Source: Paraspadella gotoi (Eukaryota; Animalia; Chaetognatha). From it: a DNA stretch of 64,000 nt. The notes beneath the pieces are model-generated. The model saw only the letters and a list, made by a program, of their open reading frames with translations. It ran no database searches and was not told the origin of the DNA. Location: contig CM119271.1 in NCBI GenBank assembly GCA_051294375.1, positions 15,072,770 to 15,136,769 on the forward strand, read 5' to 3'. Shown in pieces: positions 59,401 through 64,000 of this stretch; positions within the stretch are counted from its first letter, which is position 1; each line of letters starts with the position of its first letter. The position numbers and the translations under genes are program-made.

Positions 59401-62400
59401 CGTTACAATGATTGCCTGCATGAGAGTACGCATTATTTTTGCTCTAGTTGAGTAATAAGTAGACGCGAAGGCAGTCTTTTAAATTATTTACGACTAAAAA
59501 GTGTCTCTCTACTGAGCTCGTCGGAGCTTTTTTTGCTTTAATTCTCCTCGCGACCTCGAATCATGTAACAGCACGAAAAAAAAAAATTGCACGTTGCAGA
59601 GCCACGAATTTAGGCATTAGTGCTCACAGTTTTTTATCGAGGTTAATCTCTCTACAACAACCGCATGTTGTTCGTTATCCTTGCTCCAAAACTGATTTTT
59701 AGACGAGTTTTTTCCCTAAATCTGCCAATTTCTTCCTCATTCCGAATATATATAAAAGAAACTTTTTCTAGATGCTAGAACACATATCGTTTATATCCAC
59801 CTCACTCGTGTAACAGTGAATTTATGATTTCAGGTGAAATAGCGACGTGTAAATTCTCTCGTATCAAGGTAAGGTGGCAGAAATATTTAATCCTGGTTAC
59901 TAATTATCAGTCATATGATATTTTAGGATTTAGATTCACAATGTTTTAAAAGTTAAAAGGTCGACTACTAAAAATCAACTTCCCGTGTAAAACCACTTGG
60001 TTTTTTTTTTTTTTTTTTGGTTCGGGATCGGAATGCCCTGTATTCTTCAATTTTTTTTCCGAACATTTATGGCCTTATTTTTTTGCGCATTTGTAACAAG
60101 TTTTTGTTTAGTTTGAAAAAAAAAAGTAGAAAAATCTAGTCAAAGAAAAAATTTAATAAAACCCGTTTTATTTTCTGTTTGCTAAATTCATCTTAAGCAA
60201 AGAGAATTTTTTCTGCAATAAAAAAAGAAATAAGAATGACTCAGCTAGATTTCGCAAACTCGTGACTAGACGAATGCGCCGCCGTGAAATTTGAAAAAGA
60301 GTTAATTGCACTAAGGAGCTGCGCAGTTTACGAGAACAGACAAAAACGAAAAAATTGAAAGAAAATAATAATAAAGAAAAGATGATGCCTCGGCTCTCGA
60401 AGCAAGCGTCGCTTCGCTTTCCATTTCGCATCGCATGCGCGATGTTTTTCTGACGCGACTGGTAATTAGATCATACTTAATCGCTAGATCAGCGATGCTA
60501 AGTGCTAATATTTCAAAAAAAAAAACTATTTCAAACTAAGTTAAAATAATTATGTGCAGTTGAATGTTTCGGGTCACAAAAAAGTGTGCCATTATTAACA
60601 GATTTTAGCTCGGAGTTTCGCCCATCCTTTGGTTATCTTACATAATTATTTTAAACATTTTAACGGATGAACCTCATTGATGGCCTTTTATCCAGTCCCG
60701 ACCATCCATTCCGCCTCCCTTCTCGCCTCACACTCTTCCCTGATGCCTCCTCCATTCTCCGCCATCTGCTTATCCTATTCCTCCATCCGTCTCTTCGTGG
60801 GATGTGGTCTACTGGTCTCGATGGGATGACGATGACCCCAAAGGACGCGCCCAGTAACGGCGGCAAGGTCGCCGACCCAAAGTCGCCTTTAACAACAATG
60901 CCGCACTTTTCCGCCAAACTTCCGCATCAACCACCTTCGTCTGACAAGACCACCCGATGATTCGGCTGCTGGCTTCACCGCCAGCTCTAAAGGCGCCTGC
61001 AAACGGTGGTGGCGCTGACGGTTGCCGTAGCGCCGTCGCCGTCTTCTTCGTTCGCATGCGAGATCCGGTGATCGTTTCAAGCAGCCTGGGCTTTCTGTCG
61101 TACCGACGAAAAGACGCCACAATACCGCAAACCATAATTTCCATATGATTGTTAGAACATTCTAACACTACAGTCACTGGTAAACGACGGGTTAATTGTA
61201 TTTATATTCATAATTTTTTTGTATCATTTGTATCTATTCTAAAAAGAAAGTTTGGTAAAAGAATGTTTTTTTTTTTCCATCTGCGTTTTTTTAAGAAAGA
61301 CGAAGGACAGATTTATTAATCATTAAATTTTACTAGTTTTTTGACACTATTTTTGGGAAAGACAATTTTTACGAGTTTATTATGACGAGATTTGTCTGAC
61401 AAGACAGACCACAACAGACGCTGCTGGCTTTGCACCGCTGGCTTTAAAGGTGCCCATATGGACAGCGGTGGTGCTGACGGTCGCGCAGCCGCCGTCTTTG
61501 TCCGCCATGCGAGATCCGGGATCTGGTTTCAAGCGCTTCGGTTTCCGTCATATCGACGATAAAGACGCCACAATACCGCAAACCATAATTTTTGGCCGAT
61601 GAAGAGACGAGACTGATGGAAGCCTTGAACCAGTTGCAGCAAGAAAAGGCAATGGCGAAAGAAGAGGAAGAGAAGATATTTTCAATTTCTTGAAAATTTT
61701 TTGTTAGATTCGTTTTGTTAAATATGCTACTTTTTGAAAGCACTCAATATCAACTACGCTATTTGATTTGTACTTTTTAGTTTGTTTAGAGTATGCGCAT
61801 GCAGTGATAAAAAAGCCCTGATTCGTAATGGGTCCTTTTTCGCGCTTAATCCTAATCGTTTTTAAATAGTCCGTTCCATACAGTGTTTACTGGATTATTA
61901 TTAAAGGCTGGATTCTGCCTCCTTGTTTGATTAACCAATTATATACTTCTTAACAGCATTGTACTTGCCCCACAACATGAAGATGGTTTTAATTTTCACT
62001 TTTTCAAGTTACAAGTTGCTACTAAAACCGAGTTTTTGTTTGGTTTTTAAAAAAAGTAGAAATATCTGTCAAGAAAAAAAAGTTAATAAACCCGTTTATT
62101 TTCTCTTTGCTAATCCATCATTAAGTCAAAGAATTTTTCCTGTAATAAAAGAATTGAGAATGATCAGCTAGATTTCGCAACTCGTGACTAGACGAAATGG
62201 CGCTGCATGAAATTTGAAAAGAGTTCTCTGCTTTAAATTGCACTCAGGAGCTGCGAGTTTAGGAGAACAGACAAAACGAAAAAATTGAAAGAAAATATAA
62301 TAAAGACAAAAGATGATGCGGTTTTTGTGGTTCAGCAAAGCGTCGCTTCGCTTTCCATTTCGCTTCACACGCCGGAAGAACTATGCAAATATGGTAATTA

Positions 62401-64000
62401 AATCAATTGACCGCTCGATCAGCGATGCTAAAAATTTTTTTTTCAAAACTAAGTTAAAAATTTTGTTTGCAGTTGAATGTTTCGGGTCACAAAAAAGTGT
62501 ACCATTAACATGATTTTAGCTCGGGAGTTTCGCCCATCCCTTTGGTTTACTTTACATATTATTTAAACATTTTAAACAATTTTAACGATGGATGAAACCT
62601 CATTGACGGCCTTTTGTCGAGTCCGACATCCATGCCCGCCTCTTCCTCAACATCTTCCCTGATCCTCCTCATTCTCGCCATCTGCTTAACCTCTTCCTCC
62701 GTCGTCTCTTCGGCGGATGTGGTCTACTGGTCTTGATTGGGGAGGACGACGACCCAAAGGACGCCGCCTGGATGGTGCCGATTGTCGGCCGTCCCAAGTC
62801 GCCTTTAAACAACAACGCCGCCTTTCGCCAAACTATCCGCATCGACCGCTTCTTCCGACAAGACCCACACGACGCCGCTAGTCGGCACCGCCGCTTAAAG
62901 GCGTCAAAGGCGCCCTGCAGACGGGTGGCGCTGTATGGTCGCCGCCGTCGCCGTCTCTTCGTCCGTCACCCGAGATCCGGGATCCGGTTTCAAGCGGCCC
63001 GGGCTTGCCGTCGTATCGACGGAAAAGACGCCACAATACCGCAAACCGGCGTCCGGAACGACGCCGCGTCGCACGTACCTCAGTCCGACACCGCCACTGT
63101 AATTTGGCGTCGCGTGAAGCCACGTTATGAGTTGGCGACTGTCCGTTTGATCAAACTTTTATCCGTCATTCTATATATCCGTTCGCCTGTCTGCCTTTTC
63201 TTTTTTGTTAGACTTGGATCATGTTTTTCACGCTTATTCAATAAAGTTTGTTTAATTATTTATATTGAGATGAACAATAAGTAAGTTGGCCTTCACGCGA
63301 CATTTGTCTCTTTCCTGCAAAGGTAAATCTCCGGCTGAAAAGGACTTTTGGGATGACCCCTGGAGACATATGGGGCAAATGAAAAGTTCCAAAGGCCAAG
63401 ATTCAAACATGGGTCATGCAGAGCCTCTCTTAACTTGGTCGATTCTAAAAGAGAAAGAATATTTACGTAATTTTCATATGATTGTTAGAAACATTCTAAC
63501 GCTGCAGTCACTGGTAAACCGACGGGTTAATTGTATTTATATTCGTATTTTTATGTATCATTGTATCTATTGTAAAAGAAAGTCTGGTAAAGAATGTCTT
63601 TTTTTTTTCCCCGTCTGTGTATTTCTTAAGAAAAGACAAGGACCAATTTATTAATCCGAAAATTTTATCTAGTTAGTTATTTTGACAAACTATTTTTCGG
63701 GAAAGACAATTTTACGATGTTTAAGACGAGATTTTTCTCCAATAAAAGTAAACGATTGTGGCCGATTGAAGAGACGAGACTGATGGAAGCCTTGAACCGT
63801 TGCAGCAAGAAAGGCAAAGGCGAAAGAAGAGGAAACAGAAGGTTATTTCATTTTTGAAATTTTTTTGTAGATTCGTTTTGTTAAATGCTACTTTTTTGAA
63901 CGCTCACATCAACTATGCTATTTTGAATTGTACTTTTTAAAGTTCGTTCAGAGTATGCGCGTGCAGTGATAAAAAAGCCCCTGTGTGGTGGATATTTCAC
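56444..64000 (+). pseudogene. Indel-riddled tandem copy of 48471-~55894 (Rogdi, family A element ~57985-58253, TM ORFs, start of family B element at 63983)
   Basis: Colinear with the upstream segment. Differences are mostly scattered 1-2 nt indels, typical of unpolished long-read consensus. Confidence 0.85.

Overview
Gene-dense animal (probably invertebrate) nuclear DNA with AT-rich spliceosomal introns and GC-rich exons. Thirteen housekeeping genes run head-to-tail on the + strand from 1 to 44903: rabenosyn-5, an F-box/LRR gene, SLC25A19, SARNP, HCF1, LMW-PTP, eIF2-beta, PUS7, PSMD11, POLR2F, RPL31, RPL26 and FAM120-like. Spacers are as short as about 200 nt and have apparently unpaired splice acceptors, suggesting an operon with trans-splicing. 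They are followed by a probable minus-strand tail-anchored gene, Rogdi, an unknown duplicated TM ORF and an indel-riddled tandem copy of about 8 kb. The main discovery is four sequence-divergent families of roughly 225-290 bp elements (9 independent insertions plus duplicated copies). Where intact they share LTR-like TGT...CA/TA termini, 4-bp target-site duplications, Pol III A/B boxes and a circularly permuted type-P5 twister ribozyme, whose stems and T1 pseudoknot covary between families. They look like solo LTRs of a twister-based, Pol III-driven 'retrozyme'. Penelope-type minimal hammerhead ribozymes and several MITEs are also present. All calls were made by eye, with no database search or folding program.
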